From NCBI GenBank assembly GCA_044224875.1, contig JBGAJQ010000004.1, positions 79,226 through 143,225 of the forward strand: a stretch of DNA of 64,000 bases, in the 5' to 3' direction. The translations under genes and the position numbers were made by a program. Under the pieces are notes generated by a model, which had not been told where the DNA came from, searched no databases, and saw only the letters and a list, made by a program, of their open reading frames with translations. How positions within the stretch are numbered: position 1 is the first letter of the stretch; each line of letters begins with the position of its first letter. Source of the stretch: Gemmatimonadaceae bacterium (lineage in GTDB: Bacteria; Gemmatimonadota; Gemmatimonadetes; Gemmatimonadales; Gemmatimonadaceae). This document shows positions 1 to 9,775 of the stretch, one piece after another.

Positions 1-708
1 TCGAGCCTGATGAGTGCCGTAACCGAGCGACGGGTGGACTACGTTCCGCCAGCACCAACTCCAGGACAGCCACTTCCCACGCAAAGCGGCAATCCGAGTG
101 ACCTGAAGGGCTTGCACCTGACGTGGACGGCCTCACTCAAGGACATCCTCGAGACGTTGCCGGATTCCGACTATGAAGACTTCGGGGACATCGTCGACGC
201 GCTAGGTGAAGACGGCGTAGCGCGCGCGATGATCGACGTCTACGAAGATGCAACAACGGGGGCGACGATCGCCGTGCCGCGCGGCATCCAGCTTATGTTC
301 GACGCCGAGAAGCACCTCGTCCACGCCTGGTCAGGGGACGGGAACACCGAGATGATCGTGCAGGTCACGACCGGACGGAACGTGTCCGACGCCGAGGCGG
401 CGTCCGACGCCTTCGAGCGCCTCCTGGACACGCGGGGCGCGTGGAAGGCTGATCCCAAGAGCCCGGACGATGAGGACGGCGGCACGGATCCCGATGGCAC
501 CGTCTGGTCCAACATGCGATGGAGCCGGATCATGACGGACCCTGCGCATCCATCCACCGTCACGAATGCCATGGAAGCCGAGTTTGTGCTGGAAGGGGGC
601 GACTTCCTTGGGACGGCCGTGATCGTGAAGGTGTCATCGCGCCTGAACGAGCGGTTGATGAACGTTATGATGGCGTGCGGTCTCTTGTCTGACTTCGCAA
701 AGCGTTAG
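1..708 (+). CDS. Hypothetical protein, probably the C-terminal part of a gene entering from the left edge
   Basis: Frame is open from base 1 to TAG at 708; protein-like acidic composition; followed by a hairpin; no family recognised. Confidence 0.65.
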   Translation, partial: SSLMSAVTERRVDYVPPAPTPGQPLPTQSGNPSDLKGLHLTWTASLKDILETLPDSDYEDFGDIVDALGEDGVARAMIDVYEDATTGATIAVPRGIQLMFDAEKHLVHAWSGDGNTEMIVQVTTGRNVSDAEAASDAFERLLDTRGAWKADPKSPDDEDGGTDPDGTVWSNMRWSRIMTDPAHPSTVTNAMEAEFVLEGGDFLGTAVIVKVSSRLNERLMNVMMACGLLSDFAKR

Positions 709-740
709 GGCGCACGCCTGATAGATCCGCGAGTCGCGCA

Positions 741-771
741 CTCGGCGACGGGCTTCCGAGCCGTCGCCGAG
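741..771. terminator. Hairpin between convergent genes
   Basis: CTCGGCGACGG-(9 nt)-CCGTCGCCGAG, perfect 11-bp stem. Confidence 0.6.
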
Positions 772-790
772 GCGATGAACAGTGGTGTCA

Positions 791-2985
791 TCAGAAGGCG
801 AACATCCGCGTGACCTTGAGCGCCACCGTTCGCTCGTTCACGTCGCGCGTCGATGTGTCGCGACGCTCGGTGTACACCAGGAAGACGTCCGAGAGCGGCG
901 CATACCGGAAGTTTATCCGCGCGTTCGTCACGTAGGAGTTCGTCTGGGTGTTGTACTGGACGTATGCGCTACCGAGCAATCGCGTCGACCAGGCGTAGCG
1001 CACTCGCAAGCCCGCGACATCGGCTTGGAATTCCTTCTGCGGCAGTCGGACGTCGTTCCGTGTGTATGTGCCTTCGATGCTCAGGTCGTAGCGAGCCCTC
1101 CAGGTGAGACCGCCGCCTACCGTTCGTCGCGTTCCGTTGTAGAAATCCCCACCTGACAGGCTCACGTTGCCAAAGAGGGCGCGCCCCTGTCCGGACTGGT
1201 ATTTCACTGTCCCTTCACGATACGCGTAGGAACCGGTATCGATCGTGACATCGGAGAAGATCGAGAACGCGGCATCGACACGGTCGAACTGATCGGAGAG
1301 CTGCAACGACAGCTGGCCGTCGGGTTGGAAATACAACTCCAGCCCTGCCGATGCGGTCCGCGACTCCATGGCGTGAGACAGGTCCGCGACGTAATCGAGT
1401 TCGACGTATGGGTTCACCTCCTGGATTGCACGGAGGCGAGGACGTGCGTGAATGCCGACGGTGCCGTAGGTCTCCTCCATGGCACGCCGGCGAATGAAGC
1501 CCATGCCGGGGTCGAAGTGTTCCGACACTCGCTTCCACATCGCCGAGGTGTTCCAGAATGCGTCGCGATAGCCGAACGACAAACGTGCGGCGTTGCCGTC
1601 CGATGTGGTGTCGGTCGCCTCGCTGCTCGCGATGTACGCATTGATGACGCCGTTCCGGAACGGTCGGATGTTGGCATCGAACCCGAAGCTCCGGTTGTAC
1701 AAGTTGCTGTCCGTGGCCTGCCGGTTCAGCACCATCACGCCAACGTCTGAGGTACCAAGGAGATTCCTGCGAATGCGTGCGAGCGAGAAATTCTCCGCCG
1801 GCAACCCAGCCGAACGCTCGGTCTGCATGTTCAGGAACCCCAGCTCGCTCGCGCCGACGCGACCAGAGAGTCTTCCACCCCCTACGATGCGATCGTGCGC
1901 AGGTTGCGTTCCTGGACGTCGCCAAACTGCGTGGAGCCGGAATTCTCGATGAAGAATTCGCGTCGCTCGGGAAAGAACAGCGAAAAGCGCGTGAGATTCA
2001 CCTGCTCCTGGTCCACCTCGACCTGGGAGAAGTCCGTGTTGTACGTGAGATCGAGTGTGAGCGAGGGCGTCAACCCGAACTTGAGGTCCGCGCCTGCGTC
2101 GTACCGTGATCCCAAGTTGGCGTCAATGACCTGAAGTCCGGTCGAGTGGCCACCCAGCGCGAACGGTTTGAGCTGCATGTTTCGCCCCTGATGCAGCCCC
2201 TCCAGTCCCGTCAAGGTGCCTGCCTTCGACATGCGGTGCAGCCGGTACTGGCGTTCGAGCGGCGCCCAATACGAGGTCTCGTTCACGCGGCGCACGCGCC
2301 GGATGAAGTTCACGCCCCAGTCCTGCACGGGCTTGCGCGCATCGAACCGCAGCGTTCTCGTCGGAATCTCCAGCTCGGCGACCCATGACGAGTCGTTGAA
2401 GCTGGTCCGCACCGAAATGATGCCCTCCCAAGCGTCCACGACATTGCGTGAATCGTTGAAGGTCTGCTCGTCGCGCACCGCGCCGTGCGGATTCACGAGG
2501 AACAGGAACGAGTTGCGACGGTCGAGGAAGGTGTCGAGCACCAACCCGAAGATGTCCGAGTTGGTCGAATTGAAGTCGCGCTCCAGACCAACCGTGATCG
2601 CCTTCTTTGGAAAGGGATCGTAGTTGACGGCGCCGATCCAGAGGTGATCCGCGTCGTACAGGACGCGCACGACGGTCTTGTACTCGGCCGGATAGCCCGT
2701 CTGCGGCAGCTGCTGGACGAAGTCCGTAAGGACCGCCGCCTGCTTCCAGGCCTCGTCGTCCAATCGCCCATCCAGGACGATCGGACCGGACGCGCGGACG
2801 GCTGCAACCGAGGGGCGAGGCGCGGTTTCCGGGTCGACGACGCGCGCGGCCGACCGGGCGCTGCGGTCAGCGTCCTGGGCTTGCGCCGTGTTTTGACCGA
2901 GGAACAGGAACGCGACAGCGATGCCGCGAATTCGGGGGGAGAAAATGGCGAGCTCGGGGGGAGGGGACCACCCTAAGTAACGCAA
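791..2985 (-). pseudogene. CBM9-like sugar-binding + DUF5916 outer-membrane protein, split near 1890
   Basis: N-half has IVLDGRLDDEAW, VRVLYD, LDLTYNTDFSQVEVD and FFPERREFF and stops at 1882. The C-half resumes in another frame (RIVGGGRLSGR...MQTER) and ends in F. The usual LFxSRRIG segment is absent. TTG start at 2985 is tentative. Confidence 0.75.
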
Positions 2986-3180
2986 TGCCCAGCCGCGTTG
3001 CTGAGCACCGGCGTCGGTTCTGCGGCAGACATACTGATCGGCCTTATGGCAGCGAGGGAGCGCGTGACGGTCCACGACCAGGCGCGGCCTCGGAAGAGCT
3101 GGCACCTCCGCTCGCTCAGCGCCGGCGCGCCAACTAACCTTCGAGTCGTCACGTCCCACCGACCCCTCCCGAGGAGCGCG

Positions 3181-4818
3181 TTGACTCCCTCCCGATCCCC
3201 CAGTCGATCCACAGCTCCTCTGGGCGGGTGGGAGGCTGAGTACGCGGTGCTCGTCGCACCTGACCGCGCGCCGCTTGGTGCCGTCGATCTCGAACGGCTC
3301 GCCACCGCCGCGCACCTGCTCGGCCGGGATGACGAGTGCATTGAGGCGCTCACGCGCGCGCACGCCACGTTTCGAGACAACGGGGACGTCGCAGGCGCGG
3401 CGCGGTGCGCCGTGTGGCTGGGACTGCGGCTCATGCTCCTACGCGAACACGCGCAAGGGAGTGGCTGGCTGGCGCGCGCCAAGCGCATGCTCGACGAGTC
3501 CGGCGACGATTCGGCGTTAAGAGGCTACCTCCTGCTTCCGGAAGCTATCGGGCAGCTGGAGTTCGGTTCTGCAGAACGCGGGCTCGCCCTGTTCAACGAA
3601 TCGGTCGCGATCGGCGAGAGGCATCGCGATCGGGACCTCACCGCCCAAGCGCGATTGGGTATTGGTCGCTCGCTCATTCGCCTTGGTCGAGCGCCTGAAG
3701 GCGTGCGGCTGCTGGACGAAGTGATGGTGGCCATCACGACCGGAGAGATCCCGCTGCTGATCGTCGGCGACTTGTACTGCAGCATGCTCGACGCGTGCGT
3801 GGAGATCTTCGATGTGGCGCGCGCGCAGGAATGGACCGACGCGCTGCAGCGCTGGTGTGAGGCGCAACCTTCGCAAGTTCCGTATCGTGGGACGTGCTTG
3901 CTCCGGCGGTCGGAAATCCTTCAGGTTCGCGGCGACTGGGAGCAGGCGGTCCTGGAGGTGGAGCGAGCGATCGCTTGCATCTCCCAGCGGAAGTCGATGC
4001 CCGGTATTGGGACGGCGCACTACCAATTGGGTGAGCTGCACCGATTGCGCGGAGAGTTTGACCGAGCGGCCGCGTGTTACGGTGAAGCCGTTCGTTTTGG
4101 TCGTCACCCGCAACCCGGACTGGCACTGTTGGAGTTGGCGCGAGGCGACCCCAGGGCCGCGCTCCGCGGCATCGAGGCGGCGTTGCGCGAGACGAAAGAC
4201 CGGCGACAACGGGCGCGATACCTCGGCCCCGCCGTCGAAGTCGCCATCGTCGCTGGCGACCTCGCCGTAGCGGAGTCGTGCTGTGCGGAACTGGAAATCC
4301 TTGCGGAGCAGATGCAGACGCCGTTGTTGCGCGCCATGGTTGCGCGTGGGCGCGGGAGTCTGGCGCTGGAGCGAGGAGACGTGGCGGTCGCTCTCGCCGC
4401 GCTGCGCGATGCGCGTGGGATCTATGTCGACCTTGGCGCGCGGTATGAGGCGGCGAGGACTCAACTGTTGTTAGGCCGCGCGCTGACGGTGACAGGCGAC
4501 GTCGAGTCGGCGGCACTGGAGACCGACGCGGCGCGACGCGCATTTGATGAGATGGGGGCCGCGCACGCGCCTGCAGCGACATCCATCTCGGCTGAGTCGC
4601 GACAGGACCAAGGGAGCCTGACCTCACGCGAGCGCGAAGTGCTGGTGCTGCTTGCCACAGGCGCCACCAATCGAGCGATCGCCGTTCGGTTGGGAATCAG
4701 CGACAAGACGGTAGCCCGTCACATCAGCAACCTCTTCCTCAAGCTCAATGTCTCGTCTCGGGCTGCGGCAACGGCCTGGGCCTACGATCACGACGTCGTG
4801 GCACGCAGTTCTACATAG
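3181..4818 (+). CDS. LuxR-family transcriptional regulator with TPR/MalT-like region
   Basis: C-terminal LTSREREVLVLLATGATNRAIAVRLGISDKTVARHISNLFLKLNV HTH; TTG at 3181 follows GAGGAG. Confidence 0.9.
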   Translation: MTPSRSPSRSTAPLGGWEAEYAVLVAPDRAPLGAVDLERLATAAHLLGRDDECIEALTRAHATFRDNGDVAGAARCAVWLGLRLMLLREHAQGSGWLARAKRMLDESGDDSALRGYLLLPEAIGQLEFGSAERGLALFNESVAIGERHRDRDLTAQARLGIGRSLIRLGRAPEGVRLLDEVMVAITTGEIPLLIVGDLYCSMLDACVEIFDVARAQEWTDALQRWCEAQPSQVPYRGTCLLRRSEILQVRGDWEQAVLEVERAIACISQRKSMPGIGTAHYQLGELHRLRGEFDRAAACYGEAVRFGRHPQPGLALLELARGDPRAALRGIEAALRETKDRRQRARYLGPAVEVAIVAGDLAVAESCCAELEILAEQMQTPLLRAMVARGRGSLALERGDVAVALAALRDARGIYVDLGARYEAARTQLLLGRALTVTGDVESAALETDAARRAFDEMGAAHAPAATSISAESRQDQGSLTSREREVLVLLATGATNRAIAVRLGISDKTVARHISNLFLKLNVSSRAAATAWAYDHDVVARSST

Positions 4819-4921
4819 AATTGCCCATATGACATCGACACGCGCCGTACACGGTTTTCCCGAAGCGAGAGTGGCGCGCCTTTGTTAGCGTACTTGGGAC
4901 ACGTGAATCAGCGGAGGAGTT

Positions 4922-6043
4922 ATGGCACGTGAACGCATAGAGACGGTTGTCATTGGTGGTGGACAAGCGGGGTTGTCGGTGGGTTATCATCTCCAACGCG
5001 CTGGCGTTCCGTTCGTGATCCTCGACAAGCGTCAACGCGTGGGTGACAGTTGGCGTGAACGGTGGGACTCGCTGAGGCTGTTCAGTCAAGCGCGCTACAA
5101 CAGCCTGGATGGCCTGCGCTTCCCGACGTCGCCCACGTATTTCCCTACCAAGGACGAAATGGCGTCGTACCTGGAGTCGTACGCGCGCCAGTTTGACCTC
5201 CCCGTGCGTACGGGTGCACTCGTGCGGCGCGTAGCGCGCGAGGGCGATGGCTATCTGGTCACGACGAATACGGGTGAAATCGCCGCGAACCACGTGATCG
5301 TGGCGATGTCCAACTATCAGGAACCCAACATTCCGTCCTTCGCGGACGCGCTCGACCCCGGGATCGTACAGTTGCATTCGAGTAGCTACCGCGATCCGTC
5401 ACAGCTTCGCCCCGGGCCCGTGCTGATTGTTGGGGGAGGGAACTCGGGGGCCGAAATCGCCAAGGAACTCGTGAAGGGGCACCAGGTGTACCTGTCCGGT
5501 CCCGTCGTGACCGATGTGCCGTTCCGGCCGGAGAGTTTCGGCGGCCGTCATATCTTCATGCCGCTCCTCTTTCGCGTGCTCTTTCACCGCATCCTTACCA
5601 TCAACACGCCTGTTGGACGAAAGGCTCGACCCGGGGCGCATTCCACCACACCGCTCATTCGTGTCAAGACGCGCGACCTGACGTCTGCGGGTGTAACACG
5701 AGTCCCGCGCACGACCGGTGTAGACCGGGGGCGACCCGTTGTAGATGGCGGGAACGCGCTGGACGTCGCCAACGTCGTCTGGTGCACTGGGTTTGAACCG
5801 GAGTTCTCGTTCCTCAAGGTGACTGTAGCGTCGCCACAGCGAGACGACCACCATGTGCGGGGCGTTGTGACTGGCGAGCCCGGGCTGTACTTCGTCGGGT
5901 TGCACTTCCAGTTCGCCATGTCGTCGGCGATGGTGCACGGCGTGGGCCGCGACGCAGCGTACGTCGCCGGCGTAGTGGCCGATCGCGTCAGGCAGTCGTC
6001 AGGTCGGCCGTCAAACTCCATCGCGACGGCAGGCGCCGCCTGA
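4922..6043 (+). CDS. Flavin-containing monooxygenase-like NAD(P)/FAD oxidoreductase (CzcO-like)
   Basis: VIGGGQAG, WRERWDSLRL, QLHSSSYR, VGGGNSG and WCTGF motifs; RBS GGAGGAG. Confidence 0.88.
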   Translation: MARERIETVVIGGGQAGLSVGYHLQRAGVPFVILDKRQRVGDSWRERWDSLRLFSQARYNSLDGLRFPTSPTYFPTKDEMASYLESYARQFDLPVRTGALVRRVAREGDGYLVTTNTGEIAANHVIVAMSNYQEPNIPSFADALDPGIVQLHSSSYRDPSQLRPGPVLIVGGGNSGAEIAKELVKGHQVYLSGPVVTDVPFRPESFGGRHIFMPLLFRVLFHRILTINTPVGRKARPGAHSTTPLIRVKTRDLTSAGVTRVPRTTGVDRGRPVVDGGNALDVANVVWCTGFEPEFSFLKVTVASPQRDDHHVRGVVTGEPGLYFVGLHFQFAMSSAMVHGVGRDAAYVAGVVADRVRQSSGRPSNSIATAGAA

Positions 6044-6047
6044 CGCC

Positions 6048-7652
6048 TTACCTTGCTGGTGCTACCTCACGGTACCGGAAGACGTCGACGGTCCCATCCA
6101 GGTTCATCCAGATCCGCCACTCCTGCACCCCCCGCTCGAAAGTGGCCACGTAGATCGTTGGACCCGCCGGGCCCACGCTCTTGAACGTTAGGGACTGCAA
6201 CTCGCCAAGGTTGCGGAACGTCTCTTGGTGCTCCCCGATCTGCCGTCGCGTCTCGCGCGCCTCGCCGGCGCTCATGAGGTCATAGTTGGGCCTCCCGGCT
6301 CGCAATTCGGCGACGAGACGTCGGATGGCGGCGTCACTTCCCGGCGCCGCCACTTGCGCCTTGAGTCGCTGCGCAATGTCGGCCTCAATCTCGGCACGCT
6401 TCTTCGCCGCCAGCATGGAGAGAATGTCCACGGCAAGGCGATCGGAGTTCTGCTTGCCCCCGCCCACATTCCGCAGGACGACGACGCCCAGCTTCATCCC
6501 TCGGTCGAAATACATGGACGCGCGATAGCCGGCGACTCCGCCGTTATGGCCGAGGAATGAGTATCCATCACGGCTCATGGCCATGAAGCCGACGCCGTAA
6601 CCACTCTCCAGGTCCTTGTCGGCCGCCACGAGGCCGTCGAAGGCATCGTCGAGCACGGATCGGGCGAGCACACTGTCCGGGCCGCGACTCAGCTGAAACA
6701 CCACAAAGCGCGAAAGGTCGTCCACGGTCGTGTAGATCGCTCCGTTCGGCACCTTGTAGCCGCGCCCGTCACGTGCTTCCTGAGGAGCCGTGCGGTCGTC
6801 GAGGGTTCCGTCGGGATTGATTTCGTAGCCTACCGCCACGTCGCTGGCGATGGTCGAATCGATCTCGAATCGCGTGCGATCCATCCCGAGCGGCTTCAGA
6901 ATGCGCGAACGCTCCCACGCGACATACGACTGACCCGCCGCGCGCGCGAGCGCCGCACCCAAGAGCGCGTAGCCGATGTTCGAGTACGAGTACTCGGTCC
7001 CGGGGGTGGAGATGTAGCGCGTATGAGCGAGCGCGGCGAGCATGGTCTGCTCCCACGCCGACACCGGTCCCGTCCAGAATGGTCCCTCCTCCTCAGGCTC
7101 ACGTGCCAGCCCTGCTGTCATGGTCGCCAGCTGCAAGAACGTGAACGGCGCGGCGCCAGCAGGCTTGGAGCGAAGACGAGACACCTCCGGGACAAAACGC
7201 TCGACAGGATCGGAGAGTCGCACCTTTCCCGCTGCCACCAGCTGCATCAACATGACGGCCGTGAATGGCTTCGTAATCGACCCTATGCGGTACACGGAAC
7301 TGCGGGTGGCGAGGCGTCGCGTACTCATGTCCGCAAAGCCGACGCTTCGTGTCCACACCAACTGCGAGCCGGCGACGATGCCCACCGTCAGGCTCCCAAC
7401 GCTGTCCTTCGCGAATTCCGCGGTGACCAGGGAATCCGCGACGTCGATGCCTTTGATGGCCGGCCCGCCGCTTGTCTGGCACGGCGCGCTGGACGCGACC
7501 ACGCTGCAACTCGCCAAGGACAGAGTGAGTCGCCGGACGCGCCTGAGTCTCGCGACGGCTGTTCGAGACAGACACCGTGCCGCGGCTTCCCTCGAATGGC
7601 GTGGTGTGGTCACCCAATGTTCTGGCAGACGAGCCTGCGTTTGTAACGGCAT
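6048..7652 (-). CDS. Serine hydrolase, beta-lactamase/peptidase S12 family, with C-terminal extension
   Basis: SxxK (GSITK), YSN (YSYSNIGY) and HNGG motifs; start uncertain. Confidence 0.85.
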   Translation of the reverse strand: MPLQTQARLPEHWVTTPRHSREAAARCLSRTAVARLRRVRRLTLSLASCSVVASSAPCQTSGGPAIKGIDVADSLVTAEFAKDSVGSLTVGIVAGSQLVWTRSVGFADMSTRRLATRSSVYRIGSITKPFTAVMLMQLVAAGKVRLSDPVERFVPEVSRLRSKPAGAAPFTFLQLATMTAGLAREPEEEGPFWTGPVSAWEQTMLAALAHTRYISTPGTEYSYSNIGYALLGAALARAAGQSYVAWERSRILKPLGMDRTRFEIDSTIASDVAVGYEINPDGTLDDRTAPQEARDGRGYKVPNGAIYTTVDDLSRFVVFQLSRGPDSVLARSVLDDAFDGLVAADKDLESGYGVGFMAMSRDGYSFLGHNGGVAGYRASMYFDRGMKLGVVVLRNVGGGKQNSDRLAVDILSMLAAKKRAEIEADIAQRLKAQVAAPGSDAAIRRLVAELRAGRPNYDLMSAGEARETRRQIGEHQETFRNLGELQSLTFKSVGPAGPTIYVATFERGVQEWRIWMNLDGTVDVFRYREVAPAR

Positions 7653-7957
7653 CGAAAGCAACACCTCAGCTCCAACGAATCTGGCGAAGAATATTTTCCG
7701 GCCGCGCGGCCATGGATCTTGGGACAACATAACGCCCACGATCCGTTGCTCGGCATGACCGGCGACGAAGGAAGTCCTCCCCACGGAGTGGAGGCACGTT
7801 CAAGTTGTAACGCGTGGCTGTGTTGAGCGAGGTCTGCCGTCCGCCCGATGATCCGATTTTCGTTCGGGACGAGTTCGCCGCGCCGTGTGACGATTTCGGT
7901 TGGCCGACCCGATAGCGTAAGCGAGTCTACCTCTGTCCTACACAGTCGAGGGAGAAG

Positions 7958-8410
7958 ATGCGTCGCGTTGCATTACTGTCGGCAATGCTCGTAGAGATCG
8001 TTGGACTACCTAGGTTGGCAACCGCGCAGACCGCCGCCGACACGGCCGGCATCCGGGCCGCCGCCATGGACTACATCGAAGGGTGGTATGCTGCCGATGG
8101 GGAGCGAATGGAGCGCGCCGTCCACCCGGAGCTGGCCAAGCGCATCATCCGAACCGACAAGCAGTCGGGACGCAGCCAGCTGCAATCGATGAGCGCCATG
8201 ACCCTTATAGGAGGCGCCCGCTCCGGAGGTGGTTCGCGCACACCCACGTCGCGCCAGCAGAAGGATTTCACGCTGCTCGACATCTACGAGAACGCCGCCG
8301 TCGCAAAGGTGGTCGCGTCAGATTGGGTCGACTACCTGCAGCTGGGAAAGTGGAACGGGCGTTGGGTGATCGTGAACGTGCTGTGGGAGATGAAGCCCCA
8401 GACGCCATGA
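7958..8410 (+). CDS. Secreted NTF2-like (lumazine-binding_2-like) protein
   Basis: Signal peptide, DYIEGWY...RMERAVHPELAKR, WVDYLQLGKWNGRWVIVNVLW. Confidence 0.85.
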   Translation: MRRVALLSAMLVEIVGLPRLATAQTAADTAGIRAAAMDYIEGWYAADGERMERAVHPELAKRIIRTDKQSGRSQLQSMSAMTLIGGARSGGGSRTPTSRQQKDFTLLDIYENAAVAKVVASDWVDYLQLGKWNGRWVIVNVLWEMKPQTP

Positions 8411-9056
8411 ACGCGTACATCTCTGCGCGACTCGTTCTGGGTGTCGCCGCGCTGTTGTTTCTGCCAGCGACATCTCCCGTGCGCGTTGCGCGCCAGACGT
8501 CGCGCGGCTACGGCGCTCACGCTTCTGCACCGGATCCTCAGCAGCTTGGGTTCGACACCGTTCGCATCAATGAGCTCTATCGCCGAGCGGCGGCCGGCGA
8601 GTTTCCTGGTGTGGACGGTATCGTCATCCAGCGCCACGGGGTGGTTGTCTCGGAGCATTACTTCAACGGGTACTCACCGGAACGCCAGCATGACATGCGT
8701 TCGGCGACAAAGAGCAGATGGCAAAGGTCGGCCAGCTGATGCTCGACCATGGTAGGGTCGCCGGCAAGCAAATCGTGCCCGAGCGCTGGGTCGCGCTGGC
8801 CTGCTCACCAATGGTCGACGAGTCCGCGAGCGGCTATCGCTATGGTCTGCTGTGGTGGCTTCGCAACCCGCTCACTGACGATACCTCGCTCCCTTCGTGT
8901 CACGCCTCGGGGAACGGCGGCCAAAAGATCTTCGTGTTCCCGAGCGTAGACGCCGTGGTGGTGTTCACGGGGAGCAACTACAACCGGGCTCGGCTCAGTC
9001 ACCAACAGCCAGTGGAAATGCTCAACCGCGCTATTCTGCCGGCCCTCACGAAGTAA
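8407..9056 (+). pseudogene. Beta-lactamase-family serine hydrolase with a large internal deletion
   Basis: ATGA-coupled start. N-part ends just after SxxK (RSATKS); C-part (MAKVGQLMLDHG, YGLLWW, ASGNGGQ) starts immediately in another frame at 8718; the central YxN region is missing. Confidence 0.8.
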
Positions 9057-9270
9057 GTCACCGGACTCAACGCCTCCGCGCGCAGCCGATGTCCGCGGAC
9101 GCGTGCCTGGCTGGTGGTACCCCACCTCTTGCCTTGCTGGAAAATGGCGTGCGGATTGAAGCGCTCCGACATGGTGGTGTTGCCGCGGGGCAGGCCCAGA
9201 CACGTTGGAAGACTGTCGCAGTACCCGGCCTTGGCTTTGCAAGCCGTGCACCCAGTTTTAATATTGGGCC

Positions 9271-9642
9271 ATGATGCAGGTATTGCGCGCAGTGCTCCGC
9301 GGTCCATTCCTGGCGATTTGGTTCGCGTCGTGGGTAGCGCTCGGCGCGAGCGGCCATGTGTGCGCGGTGCACGACGCTGCGGGCAGCACGTCCTCAGGTA
9401 CTCACGGCCCATCAGGACCCGCGTCCCACCACGGCCACGGTGGCAGCGACGCGCCAAGCCATCACTGCAGTTGTGTTGGGGCGTCGTGCTGCGAGGTGGC
9501 GCTGCGACCGACGGACTCCGTGCGGCTGCCCGAGCCGAAAGTCACCAGCGTTGCCGTCAGCAACAATATTTCGGCCGTGCGCGCGCCGCACGTGGATTCG
9601 GCGCGGCTCCTTCCGCCTGCGATAGGCCCTCCAGCGGTGTGA
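9271..9642 (+). CDS. DUF2946-like Cys/His-rich exported peptide, candidate ribosome-arrest leader
   Basis: Hydrophobic N-terminus, HVCAVH, HHGHG, HHCSCVGASCC, C-terminal LLPPAIGPPAV; directly upstream of a TonB receptor. Confidence 0.7.
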   Translation: MMQVLRAVLRGPFLAIWFASWVALGASGHVCAVHDAAGSTSSGTHGPSGPASHHGHGGSDAPSHHCSCVGASCCEVALRPTDSVRLPEPKVTSVAVSNNISAVRAPHVDSARLLPPAIGPPAV

Positions 9643-9775
9643 CGTCGGCCCCCTCTCCATTCGGGGGCACGTAACCAAGTGCGACGCGTCCGAGGCCGGG
9701 TGCCTCGGCGCCTTGGCGTCGTCCGCGCGGGTACAATGCCCGCGTCGGCGCTCATTCCTGGAGCTCGACCTCCCC

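Noticed and set aside
2986..3363. N-terminal extensions making the DUF5916 and LuxR ORFs overlap
   Set aside because: Open-frame run-on; better starts at 2985 (minus) and 3181 (plus, with RBS) leave a normal divergent spacer
6048..9056. Beta-lactam resistance genes
   Set aside because: Only family-level serine hydrolase motifs; most such proteins are peptidases or esterases, and one copy is broken
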